From contig JBCBUK010000005.1 of the NCBI GenBank assembly GCA_039818205.1, forward strand, positions 192,001 to 256,000: a stretch of DNA of 64,000 nt, read 5' to 3'. Position 1 is the first letter of the stretch, and the number at the start of each line of letters is the position of its first letter. The translations under genes and the position numbers were made by a program. The notes beneath the pieces were generated by a model. That model worked only from the letters and a program-made list of their open reading frames with translations, had not been told where the DNA came from and searched no databases. Of this stretch, positions 39,568 to 49,446 are shown piece after piece. This stretch comes from Verrucomicrobiota bacterium (GTDB taxonomy: Bacteria; Verrucomicrobiota; Verrucomicrobiia; Opitutales; Cerasicoccaceae).

Positions 39568-41004
39568 TTATTGAGGCAGCAAGATATCGACTATTTCGTT
39601 TGGAGACAATTGCTGCATCAGGGCAGCTTTCTGGTCAAGGTCGAGTCGTGCCGAGGTTTGCACTGCGGCCAGGGCCGAATCGGGATCAACACGATACCAC
39701 TGGCCGACAACCTTACTCGCGTGGGCCCAATAGTTACTGTCGGAGCTCATGCTTTCGGCAAGCTCATAGGCTTTGCTCGGATTGCCGTTTACGTATTGGT
39801 CAATCGCAACATTAAGCGCCCGCTGCTTCACTTCATTTTCTGGCAAAGCATACAACCAACGTTCCGCGGCAACGGGGTCTTGTTTAAACCAATGCTGTGC
39901 AACCTGCTCTCCACTACTTGCCTGAACGGCTTCGGGCAGCTCATTGATCTTGGCCGCAAGCATGACTGGATCAGTCCGAGCCAAGTTTTCACTCATCTGT
40001 CCAAGCAGCTGGGCGTATTGCCCGGTATTGTAGTTTTCCAGGGCATATTCAAGGGCTTGCATTGGCGCCTGCTGAGACCAGCGGTCTAGCGCAATCCAGG
40101 TGGCATTGTGGCGAGTTTTCTTATTATCGATTTTCTCTGCCCACTCCAGTGCTTTCGAAACGCTTTGTTGGTCGGCAAGCTGTCGCGTAAAACTCTCGGC
40201 AAGCTGCCCCTTCAGCTCGCTCTCCCGCATCTCCAGGATAACCATATCAGCATCGCCTGGATTCTGATCAATGTATCGGAACATGACTGACCGGTAGATA
40301 TCGAAGAGATCCTGGTTCAAGGGCTGGGTTTCAATCCAATCGAACACAGCACCAATATCCTGTCGGGCCCATTCCTCGATTACCGCGGCAACGGCATGGT
40401 TACGGACAATACCTTCCGGCAGATGCTCAGCCATCGTGATGACATCCTGTGGCGGATTGTTCGACGCGAGCCCAGAATAGATTGCAGGCAGCATGTAAGC
40501 ATCGGTCGATAGGTCTACAAAGTGTTGATTCACCCAATCGATTGCATCGGTTCCGTAAGCCCGCGCGTATTCTTTCAAGGCAATCTGGAGCAAGTCAGAA
40601 CGGAGTGCGCCGTCTTCAAGCCCAGAAACATATTCAAGCGATGCTTCAGGGTCTCGCTGAGACCATTCAGAGACCAACACCTGGGAAACGGCACGAACCA
40701 TAGTGGGGTCTCGGCCATTAATCGAGCGACCAAGGAGTCGCGAAAACTCTCTCGAGTCAACCGCATCAAAGAGACCAGAGAGATCGACCACAGCATCAAC
40801 CTGGGTCGCGGGCTCCGCTTCCTGGCTCGGGTGGGCGTCAAGCGCCGATGCTGAATCAACGCTCCCCGAGGAACTCGACACATATTTCGGCGACATCGGA
40901 TCGGCGCCGGGCTTACCGCCAATGTACTTTGCGATGAGGTAGCCTAGGAGCGCACCAACGCTAAGGGTGAATAGATATCGAAGGATTACAGACTTCATGG
41001 CCAT
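39568..41004 (-). CDS. Hypothetical membrane-anchored HEAT-like repeat protein
   Basis: N-terminal TM and many repeats: WSQRDPEASL, WARQDIGAVFDW, WSQQAPMQAL, WFKQDPVAAERW, WYRVDPDSAL. Confidence 0.75.
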   Translation of the reverse strand: MAMKSVILRYLFTLSVGALLGYLIAKYIGGKPGADPMSPKYVSSSSGSVDSASALDAHPSQEAEPATQVDAVVDLSGLFDAVDSREFSRLLGRSINGRDPTMVRAVSQVLVSEWSQRDPEASLEYVSGLEDGALRSDLLQIALKEYARAYGTDAIDWVNQHFVDLSTDAYMLPAIYSGLASNNPPQDVITMAEHLPEGIVRNHAVAAVIEEWARQDIGAVFDWIETQPLNQDLFDIYRSVMFRYIDQNPGDADMVILEMRESELKGQLAESFTRQLADQQSVSKALEWAEKIDNKKTRHNATWIALDRWSQQAPMQALEYALENYNTGQYAQLLGQMSENLARTDPVMLAAKINELPEAVQASSGEQVAQHWFKQDPVAAERWLYALPENEVKQRALNVAIDQYVNGNPSKAYELAESMSSDSNYWAHASKVVGQWYRVDPDSALAAVQTSARLDLDQKAALMQQLSPNEIVDILLPQ

Positions 41005-41372
41005 ATCCGATACAGGACCAAGCCCATAACGAGAAACAAGCCGGACCTAAAGGGGTAAAACGATAATGGAATCAACGTTCGAGCTACGGTAAGCCGTCCC
41101 CTTGTTTCCTGTCAACTATCGTCGAATCCAACGAACGCAGCGCGACAATGCGATGGCCTCAATTCTCGCTATACACGAGTTTAGAGAAATCGGCCAAACA
41201 TACATAATTTTGTATCGAAACAATACGTTATTCCGTTGGATTCCTAGACTAATAATTGTGGAACATTGCGCTAAGAAAAGACAAATTCCATTTCCTTAAA
41301 ACATTGATATTCAAGTACAATAGGAACCAATACCAACGAATCTTTAATGATTTCCGAAAATCAAATCCATTG

Positions 41373-41400
41373 TTGACAGCCGCCCAGAATATTTTAGCCT
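41373..41400 (+). promoter_or_regulatory. Sigma70-like promoter about 520 nt upstream of the GH86-like gene
   Basis: TTGACA-N16-TAGCCT. Confidence 0.5.
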
Positions 41401-41919
41401 GAAGGCAGTCGTTTACACGAGCCCCAACCTAAAGTCCTATCAATTCTACTGTATCCCTAGATTCGACCAATCATATAACCCCCGGAGATTAAGGCCCCTC
41501 CCAAGCCATCTCCAAATCTCAGTCAACCTCATAGGACTCACATCGAAAATGACCTAGATTTCTTTGACCAACACCGGTTGAAGTCTTCGGCGTTCACACA
41601 TCGAGCGAATTACTCATTCGATCAACCCATCAATGAGAATCCCTCACCGAAGAACTTGCCAATCCTTCCCCCTAATTCGATCTCACCCAGCAAACTTCCC
41701 CCCAACTGTCTGGTGCGATCTTCCCAGTAAGAATCGTATATCTGCACCTGTTATCTCATGCTTCGCATCGAGACACCAAGCAGCCCCCTAGCGGACGTCC
41801 CCTCCGTTTTTTCCGTGACCATAACTCAATCCTCATGACCACACGGCCAAACTCACCCTGGTTTTGGTATCGCGGTCGTCAGTTATCGGACACGATTCAT
41901 TCGACCCCCTAAGATACCA

Positions 41920-44900
41920 ATGAATCTCAAGACTTGTCTCTGTATCCCAATCTTATGCACCTCTACGTTATTTTCCCAAACAGTTAACCTCGACCCAACC
42001 ATCCAACGTTTCATCGGCGGCGTTTCAGACCTCGATCGTTCGAAGTACTTTACGCTCCACTCCAGCAACTCGACCGACGCTGACCTGGTCCAATTCTACA
42101 ACGACTACGACGTCATCCGTAGCCGGGGATTCTGGGGTCCGTTCTCTTACGCCAACCAACAAACGGGCGTCATTGGACAGTATCCTGGCGACATACAAGG
42201 CGCCGGTGGGGTTCGCCCAGTGAACAACAAGTATATTGCCACCGAACATCCAAAAAACGTCATTCGCTACAACCTCGACACGAACGCAGCGGCCGACTGG
42301 GTCGTCGAATACTACAAAGACTATTCCGGCAACAATCCGATACCCGAGTTCTATGAGGTAATGAACGAACCCTTCGTTCACGCCGGCGATGCTGAGTTTT
42401 CCGCCCAGCAACCCGACGCACAGTTGATGCGCGTTCGCATGGCCGAATGGTTTGGTGCCATCGGAGAAAAGGTCGATCAGACTCCAGAATTGGCCAACCT
42501 AAAGATCATCGGTTTCGCCGATGCGTGGCCGCAGTATGAGCACATCACCAGCGGCAATATGTTTGGCATCTGGCACGCCCGCCAAAAAATGTTCATGGAT
42601 GTTGCCGGTGCCAATGTTGACGCATTTTCCACTCACCTCTATGACGGTGTGAACGTGAACCAAGATGGCGGTGAACGCTCCGGAAGTAACGCGATGGCGA
42701 TCCTAGACATGGTTGAGGCCTACAGTCACATCAAGTGGGGCTTGGTCAAACCACACGTAATTTCTGAGTACGGCGGGATCGCCTCGGGATATCCTGCAGG
42801 TTGGAATGACATTGAGGCAGCGCAGAGCGTCATGTCCCAGAACAAGATGATCTTTGACCTGATGGACCGCGAAGACCGGGTCGAAATGACGATCCCGTTC
42901 GTGACCGACAAATCGAACTGGCACCTGACCGCAGCAAACAACTACGAACCTTATGGCGCGGTCCTGCTGCGGCCCGGCAACACTGGATCAGGGCAAGCTC
43001 CTGACGGCACCTGGGTGTACACTCCCAAGGTCACCTTCTATGAAATCTGGAAAGGTGTTAAAGGAAAACGCATCGCAGTCTCAAGCGACCACGCTGACAT
43101 CCAAACTCAGGCGTTTGTCGACGGCAACAAGCTCTTCGTCGCGCTGAACAACCTGGACGACGTCACCCACAATGTGTCGCTCAACTTTGCCTCGACAATT
43201 CCTGGATTGCAGAACGTTCGCATCAAAGCGCTAAAGATTTATGCTAATTCGCCACATAGCCTGACGGACACAACCCAGACCACCGCACCCTCAAGCATAA
43301 CCTTGATCGCTGATGAGACGGTCATGCTGGAATACACTTACCAAAACAACATCACATTTGGTAACGCGATTCGCAGCCAATCCTACTACGCGGACAAGTA
43401 TCTACAGGATATCAGCGCTAACGTGACGCAGTCCTATCTGATCAACGGCGTCACGACTGGGACCTCCGGATATGCCAAACTCAAAATGAGCCTTGGCCGA
43501 ACGCATGCGAAATCAAAGGCTCCTACCCTAACGGTTAATGGTACCGCTGTTAGCATTCCCAGCAACTGGCGCGGTTACGATCAAACAGCCCGCGGTTCGG
43601 TATTCTTCGGCACGATCGAAATTCCTGTTCCCATCGGCTTAATCCAAGCTAACAACACGATCAACATCACCTTCCCCGATTCTGGCGGCGCGGTTTCTTC
43701 GCTCATCCTTGAGGTCGCTAAACACGACACACCAATCGTTTCCCAGGCTCCATTTGGTGGCACGGCCCACGCGATACCCGGCACGATTGAGGCCGAAGAT
43801 TTCGACATCGGCGGTGAGGATGTTGCTTACAACGACACCGCTAGCGGTAACAGCGGCGCTTCAACTTACCGTGCTGGTGAGAACGTGGACATAGAAGCGA
43901 CTACCGACACTGGCGGCGGCGTAAACGTTGGCTGGATTGCTGGCGGCGAGTGGCTTGAGTACACCGTTGATGCGGCCGAAGGCTCATACGACATCGAGCT
44001 GCGGGTTGCCTCCGGGGGTTCAACCGTTGGCGACGTGCAGGTCTCATTAGGTGGTACCGACCTTGGCACATTCGCCGTCGAGAACACAGGGGGTTGGCAA
44101 ACCTGGACCACGCTGACGCTCAGCAACGTTGCAGTCACTGGCGGAAGCGATCAAGTGCTCCGGCTAACTGCCGTCGGCGGCAACTTCAACCTCAACTGGA
44201 TTAAGTTTAACTCCCTTGCGCCCGAGACAATTGGATGCGAGCTCCTGCCGACCTCGATCGTATCTACAGAAACGATCACCGTGGATGTCCCCTACTCAGT
44301 CAATCAAGCACGAGATGTGGTGGTTGAATTCTGGGATAGTGGCTGGCTGGACCAGGACACGGTTACCGTTGGCCCTGGAACGGGAGTGGCTTCTGTAACG
44401 CTTACCCCAATGGGTGGTGCACCTGCAGCCGGAAGTGGATATCTATTCAAAACTAGCCTTCGGGAAGTTGGAGCGGGATGGCAAAACCCAATCGACAGCT
44501 GCAACTCAGTATTCACCGTCCTTGCACCACCAGAAACGATCGGATGTGAAATGCTGCCAACATCCATCGTCTCCGCAGCCAGCTTTTCGGTGGACGTGCC
44601 CTACTCAGTCAATGAGAGCCGTGACATCGTTGTCGAATTCTGGGACAGCGGTTGGTTGCACCAGGATCGCGTTACGGTAACCGCTGGCTCAGGCGTCGCG
44701 ACCTTAACGCTCGTTCCTGCCGGAGGCGCACCACCAGCTGGAACTGGATATCTTTTTAAAACCAGCCTGCGTGAAGTCGGAGCCGGATGGCAGAACCCGA
44801 TCGACAGCTGCAACTCAGCCGTCGAGGTCCTAGCCCCGGTGTTTTACACGGCAACCGGAGACATCGGCAGCACCGCTCTTACTGGGTCCACCAGCGAAGC

Positions 44901-45828
44901 GGGAGGTATCTATACGCTGCAAGCATCGGGAGCGGATATCTGGGGAACGGCCGATGAGTTCCAATTTGCCTCACAAGTCGCACCGGGTTCTGTGTCGACC
45001 ATAATTGCAAGGGTTGACTCGCTGACAAATACCAACACCTGGTCGAAGGCTGGCGTCATGTTCCGCGCCGACAACACCGCCGGTGCTCAGCACGCGATGG
45101 TGGTCGTTCGGCCCGACAAGCAAGTCGTCATGCAAGTGCGCACGGCGGCATCGGGTTCAACGGTCATCATTGGCCCATGGCTGGCCGGTGGCACGGTCGA
45201 CATCAAATGGGTTCGCTTGATTCGCAATGGCGATGTCTACACCGGTGCCTACTCAGCCGATGGCACCACCTGGACAACTCTAACATCCTCAACCATCGCG
45301 ATGGGATCTGATCCGCTCGTGGGCTTAGCGGTTACCTCTCACGACGCCGCGGCCCTGGCGACCGCCGAGTTCAGCAACGTAAGCATCCGCGCTGGTGGAA
45401 CCTACGACTTCGGAACGGCGAGTTCACCGACCCAAGCGGGATACACTCAAATCACCAATGCCACGACTTCAGGCTCGGCTCGATGGGCAAGTGCCAGCGG
45501 ACTCAACGCGACCGACCGCACGAGCGTGACTGACAATATTCAGCGAGACGTCAACTATGGCTCCCAAGCGAATACCTTCCGGGTCGATCTTAGCGATGGC
45601 GTTTACGAGGTCACCCTAACCATTGGCGACACTTACGCGCATGACGATATCGCCGTGAAGGCCGAAGGAGTCATCGCAGCCTCGAATATTGACCGTTCCG
45701 CCAACCAGTGGAGCGATGTCACCTTTACCACAACGGTAAGCGACGGGACCCTGGACCTGGAATTCTCTGATGGCGGTGGCACGGATGTGAACTGGGTCAT
45801 CAATGGAGCTATCGTCACCCCCCACTAA
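41920..45828 (+). CDS. Multimodular GH86-like beta-agarase/porphyranase with CBM6-like module, two tandem 103-aa repeats, a ConA-like domain and a C-terminal galactose-binding-like domain
   Basis: YEVMNEPF and ISEYGG catalytic motifs; NWRGYDQ..R..FFGTIEIPVP; IPGTIEAEDFD...VGWIAGGEWLEY...TGGWQTW...FNLNW (CBM6); SGADIWGTADEFQF...WSKAGVMFR; YDFGTASSP...GD..AHD. Confidence 0.88.
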   Translation: MNLKTCLCIPILCTSTLFSQTVNLDPTIQRFIGGVSDLDRSKYFTLHSSNSTDADLVQFYNDYDVIRSRGFWGPFSYANQQTGVIGQYPGDIQGAGGVRPVNNKYIATEHPKNVIRYNLDTNAAADWVVEYYKDYSGNNPIPEFYEVMNEPFVHAGDAEFSAQQPDAQLMRVRMAEWFGAIGEKVDQTPELANLKIIGFADAWPQYEHITSGNMFGIWHARQKMFMDVAGANVDAFSTHLYDGVNVNQDGGERSGSNAMAILDMVEAYSHIKWGLVKPHVISEYGGIASGYPAGWNDIEAAQSVMSQNKMIFDLMDREDRVEMTIPFVTDKSNWHLTAANNYEPYGAVLLRPGNTGSGQAPDGTWVYTPKVTFYEIWKGVKGKRIAVSSDHADIQTQAFVDGNKLFVALNNLDDVTHNVSLNFASTIPGLQNVRIKALKIYANSPHSLTDTTQTTAPSSITLIADETVMLEYTYQNNITFGNAIRSQSYYADKYLQDISANVTQSYLINGVTTGTSGYAKLKMSLGRTHAKSKAPTLTVNGTAVSIPSNWRGYDQTARGSVFFGTIEIPVPIGLIQANNTINITFPDSGGAVSSLILEVAKHDTPIVSQAPFGGTAHAIPGTIEAEDFDIGGEDVAYNDTASGNSGASTYRAGENVDIEATTDTGGGVNVGWIAGGEWLEYTVDAAEGSYDIELRVASGGSTVGDVQVSLGGTDLGTFAVENTGGWQTWTTLTLSNVAVTGGSDQVLRLTAVGGNFNLNWIKFNSLAPETIGCELLPTSIVSTETITVDVPYSVNQARDVVVEFWDSGWLDQDTVTVGPGTGVASVTLTPMGGAPAAGSGYLFKTSLREVGAGWQNPIDSCNSVFTVLAPPETIGCEMLPTSIVSAASFSVDVPYSVNESRDIVVEFWDSGWLHQDRVTVTAGSGVATLTLVPAGGAPPAGTGYLFKTSLREVGAGWQNPIDSCNSAVEVLAPVFYTATGDIGSTALTGSTSEAGGIYTLQASGADIWGTADEFQFASQVAPGSVSTIIARVDSLTNTNTWSKAGVMFRADNTAGAQHAMVVVRPDKQVVMQVRTAASGSTVIIGPWLAGGTVDIKWVRLIRNGDVYTGAYSADGTTWTTLTSSTIAMGSDPLVGLAVTSHDAAALATAEFSNVSIRAGGTYDFGTASSPTQAGYTQITNATTSGSARWASASGLNATDRTSVTDNIQRDVNYGSQANTFRVDLSDGVYEVTLTIGDTYAHDDIAVKAEGVIAASNIDRSANQWSDVTFTTTVSDGTLDLEFSDGGGTDVNWVINGAIVTPH
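44221..44838 (+). repeat. Two tandem 309-nt (103-aa) intragenic repeats
   Basis: PETIGCE[LM]LPTSIVS...DVPYSVN..RD.VVEFWDSGWL.QD...GYLFKTSLREVGAGWQNPIDSCNS begins at 44221 and again at 44530. Confidence 0.95.
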
Positions 45829-45859
45829 CCAACTGATCTAACTCAATACGAAGCTCCGC

Positions 45860-45891
45860 AAAGCCTCCGCCCAACCAGGCGGGGGCTTTCT
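45860..45891 (+). terminator. Intrinsic terminator
   Basis: AAAGCCTCCGCC-caacca-GGCGGGGGCTTT followed by CT. Confidence 0.75.
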
Positions 45892-46004
45892 CGTGCGTCG
45901 GAAACAGCATATGGTTAAACTGCAAATGAGTTGATTTTATCCACGCGAGATGTACACCAATAAGGGGTCACCGTTATCACCCTCCTCACCCCTTTGTTGT
46001 TATC

Positions 46005-48080
46005 ATGAAATCTCTATTTGCCGCCACCCTGTGGTTGCTTGCAGCCCTTACCTCCTACGCCACCCCCTTGACTCCAGAAGAGTATGGTCGGATTCAGTTG
46101 CAGGAGCAACTGGCACAATCAACCAAACCCGATGCCATCATTGAAACCGCGATCAACAATGAACTCGCTGCTGAAGCCTTTCGCATCGAGACCGGCGATG
46201 GAACGATCCAGGTCACTGGCGGTGATGAAATTGGGGTCATGTACGGGCTTCTGGATACTGCCGATCAGCTTCGGCTAAATGGTGGCCAGATCACGGAGAT
46301 TGTTGAAAAGATGGAGATGCCACGATTTCCATTTCGTGCGGTTAAATTCAACTTACCCTGGTCCGCATATCGGGACCACGCCGTCGTCCGGCCACACATG
46401 CAAACCTGCCGCGATCTCGTGTTCTGGGAAGAGTTTCTCGACATGATGGCGGCCAACCGCTTCAACCGCCTGACTCTCTGGAATCTCCACCCGTTCCCCT
46501 ACATGTTTCGGCCAACCAGTTTTCCAGAGGCCACCGACCTGACTGACGAGGAACTGGCCGAGTGGAAGATATTCTGGGAACGCCTTTTCGAAATGGCTCA
46601 TGAGCGCGGTATTAAAACCTATATGGTTTGGTGGAATATTTTTGTATCGCCAGAGTTTTCAAAGGCGCATGGCAACATCGCCCAATACAGCCAGAATCTC
46701 AGTTTCTTTGGTGGCGGAGAGCACAACGAACTGATTAATCGCTATAACCGGGAATGCGTCACCCAGCTGATAAATGAGTATCCCAACCTTGATGGGATTG
46801 GTATCTCTCTTGGGGAGCGCATGTACCACATCGACGAGGACGCCCGCGAACAATGGGTGTTGGATGTGATTGTCGAGGGCATGCGCGATGCCGATCGCCA
46901 AGTCGAGTTCATTCACCGGGCTCCATTTACCCCGCATGCAGAAGTTACGCGTCAAGGCATTGAATCGCTAACAGATTTTGAGAAACCGATCTGGGTAGAG
47001 TTCAAATTCAACGCCTCTCACGGACACTCCGCCGTAGAGCTCGCCGCAACTCATGGTGGTCACGTCAACCCCGCCTACTGGGAGCCTGCCCCAACGAACT
47101 ATCAAATGACTTGGATGATGCGGAACGAAGACTTCGTGATGCTACGGTGGGGGCAACCTCAGTTCATCCGTGACCATATTGCCGAAAACGGACAAGACTA
47201 CGTCGGTGGATATTTTGTGGGGTCAGAGACTTATATACCGGCTGTTGAATACATGCAAAAAGAGGACGACCGCATGGATTGGACCTATGCTTTCGAGCGC
47301 GATTGGTTGTTCTACAAAGTGTGGGGTCAGCTCCTGTTCAATCCCGAAACCGACGACCAAATATTTATCGATGAATACATTCAGCGCTATGGCGAAAAAA
47401 ACGGACCGTTGTTGTTCAGCGGGATGGCAGAGGCCAGTAAGACACCGTTGCTAATCTGCTCATACCTTCGTGGGGGCAACGACCCATCACTAACCGCCGA
47501 GCAGTTGCTCTCAAGCCAAGTTTCCCGATATAAAACGACCAAGAGCGTTTTTATCGACGTCAACCAGTTCATCAACTTCCCGACTCTCGACCCGGCATTC
47601 ATCAACATTGAACAGTATATTGATCGCAAGTCCAAAGACCAAGAACTACCGGAAGGAACCGTTAGCCCGCTCGATGTTGCCGAACGTGCTGAAGCAATCT
47701 CCAAGGAGTGTTTGGCCATTGTGAATCAACTCGAGCCTGATGGCTCGTCGATGGACTTCGAAATTGCCGACATCGAAGCCTGGGGCTTATTGGCCCGTTA
47801 TTTCGGATTGAAAATACGCGCGGCAACGTCACTTCAGACCTTTCGGGTGACTGGCGATATAGAACAACAAGCAGCGGCGATAGCCTACCTCGAGGAGGCA
47901 CTTGTCACATGGAAGGAACTCAGCGAAGTCACTGATGCGGTCTACAACGAAGTCGAATCAGCGAAACTTATCTGGATCGAGAAGCCAAAGCTCCTGTCCT
48001 GGAAAGCATTTATTGGCGATGCTGAGTATGACATCGAGATTGCCAGCGAAAACATTCAGACGCAGCTACCTCGAAAGTAG
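46005..48080 (+). CDS. Secreted putative glycoside hydrolase of unassigned family (GH20/GH67/GH115-type N-terminal domain + probable TIM barrel)
   Basis: Signal peptide; EAFRIETGDGTIQVTGGDEIGVMYGL then PRFPFRAVK; WEEFLDMMAANRFN; YPNLDGIGISLGE. Confidence 0.6.
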   Translation: MKSLFAATLWLLAALTSYATPLTPEEYGRIQLQEQLAQSTKPDAIIETAINNELAAEAFRIETGDGTIQVTGGDEIGVMYGLLDTADQLRLNGGQITEIVEKMEMPRFPFRAVKFNLPWSAYRDHAVVRPHMQTCRDLVFWEEFLDMMAANRFNRLTLWNLHPFPYMFRPTSFPEATDLTDEELAEWKIFWERLFEMAHERGIKTYMVWWNIFVSPEFSKAHGNIAQYSQNLSFFGGGEHNELINRYNRECVTQLINEYPNLDGIGISLGERMYHIDEDAREQWVLDVIVEGMRDADRQVEFIHRAPFTPHAEVTRQGIESLTDFEKPIWVEFKFNASHGHSAVELAATHGGHVNPAYWEPAPTNYQMTWMMRNEDFVMLRWGQPQFIRDHIAENGQDYVGGYFVGSETYIPAVEYMQKEDDRMDWTYAFERDWLFYKVWGQLLFNPETDDQIFIDEYIQRYGEKNGPLLFSGMAEASKTPLLICSYLRGGNDPSLTAEQLLSSQVSRYKTTKSVFIDVNQFINFPTLDPAFINIEQYIDRKSKDQELPEGTVSPLDVAERAEAISKECLAIVNQLEPDGSSMDFEIADIEAWGLLARYFGLKIRAATSLQTFRVTGDIEQQAAAIAYLEEALVTWKELSEVTDAVYNEVESAKLIWIEKPKLLSWKAFIGDAEYDIEIASENIQTQLPRK

Positions 48081-48174
48081 GACCACGGTTTAATCGGACG
48101 ACGGTCTCAATCAATCTTTGGTTCGAGACCTAGGATGCTTGCTATCGCTGCAACGGTTGTGTGTATTGCGACCT

Positions 48175-49446
48175 ATGGCCGATTCGAAGCCCACAACACC
48201 CAAGACAAACCTACTCGCTGGTGCTGTTGGCAATATCTTGGAGTGGTTCGATTTCGCCGCCTATGGTTTCTTTGCCTCGGTCATCGGTTCGCAATTCTTC
48301 CCCAGCGACGATGAAACCATATCATTGCTCGCAGCCTTCGGCGTTTTTGCCTCCGGCTTTATCGTTCGGCCAATTGGCGCGGCGGTATTCGGCCACATTG
48401 GCGACCGCAAGGGCCGGGAAGTCGTCTTAAAATGGTCCGTTATATTGATGGGCCTCTCGACGTTTTTAATGGGTGCATTGCCCAATTACGAGACTATCGG
48501 CTTGGCCGCACCAATCCTACTGACCCTACTACGGATACTTCAGGGCTTTTCGGTTGGCGGTGAATTCACCGGCTCCATCATCTATTTGGTTGAAAACGCG
48601 CCACCCCACCGACGCGGATTCATTGGATCGCTTGCGTTCGCCGGCGCCTTTGCTGGCATACTCCTGGGATCTGCTGTTGGTGCCTTAATCAACCATGTAT
48701 TGAGTCCGGAACAAGTGAGTAGTTGGGGTTGGCGAATTCCGTTTCTCGGCGGTGTTGTTATCATGATTCTTGCCGCCTTCTTTCGACGGAATCTAAAGGG
48801 AACCGGCGAGCGCCCTCAGTCCAATCAACTCCCGCTACTGATGGCTTTCAAGACCGAGTGGCGGTCCATGCTTAAAATCATTGGCATATTTTTGCTAGGC
48901 AGCTCTGGCTTCTACATGATGTTTATCTACCTGACCACCTATCTCCATACCGAGTTTGGCATATCGGAGGAGAAGGCGCTTGAGGTAAATTCATTCTCAC
49001 TGTTTGCGCTCATTATTTGCACGTTAGGAATGGCCCGCGTGAGTGATCGCTTTGGCCGAAAACCGGTACTTCTTATTTCCGCTGTGGGATGTGTTTTACT
49101 CACCTACCCGCTCTTCAAAATCATTGATGCGGGCACTCCGCTCTATGCCCAACTAGGACAACTTGGATTTGCATTCCTGATTGGAACAAACATCAGTGCA
49201 ACGACAGCCGTCATGGTCGAAAACACACGTTCGACCTATCGCTGTACAACGATCTCCCTTGCTTATAACATTACGCTCGCAGTCTTTGGCGGCACTGCGC
49301 CAATGGTTGCCACTTGGTTAATTGCCGAATCCGGCAATCGCATAGAGCCGGCATTCTACCTGATGTTTACGGCTGCCGTTACCTCGATAACGGTTCTCTT
49401 CCTACCCGAGACGCATAAGCTAAAGCTTCATGGCGAAGACGCCTAA
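48175..49446 (+). CDS. MFS transporter, MHS family (ProP-like)
   Basis: GNILEWFDFAAYG, RPIGAAVFGHIGDRKGR, RILQGFSVGGE, WGWRIPF, SDRFGRKP and FGGTAP. Confidence 0.92.
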   Translation: MADSKPTTPKTNLLAGAVGNILEWFDFAAYGFFASVIGSQFFPSDDETISLLAAFGVFASGFIVRPIGAAVFGHIGDRKGREVVLKWSVILMGLSTFLMGALPNYETIGLAAPILLTLLRILQGFSVGGEFTGSIIYLVENAPPHRRGFIGSLAFAGAFAGILLGSAVGALINHVLSPEQVSSWGWRIPFLGGVVIMILAAFFRRNLKGTGERPQSNQLPLLMAFKTEWRSMLKIIGIFLLGSSGFYMMFIYLTTYLHTEFGISEEKALEVNSFSLFALIICTLGMARVSDRFGRKPVLLISAVGCVLLTYPLFKIIDAGTPLYAQLGQLGFAFLIGTNISATTAVMVENTRSTYRCTTISLAYNITLAVFGGTAPMVATWLIAESGNRIEPAFYLMFTAAVTSITVLFLPETHKLKLHGEDA

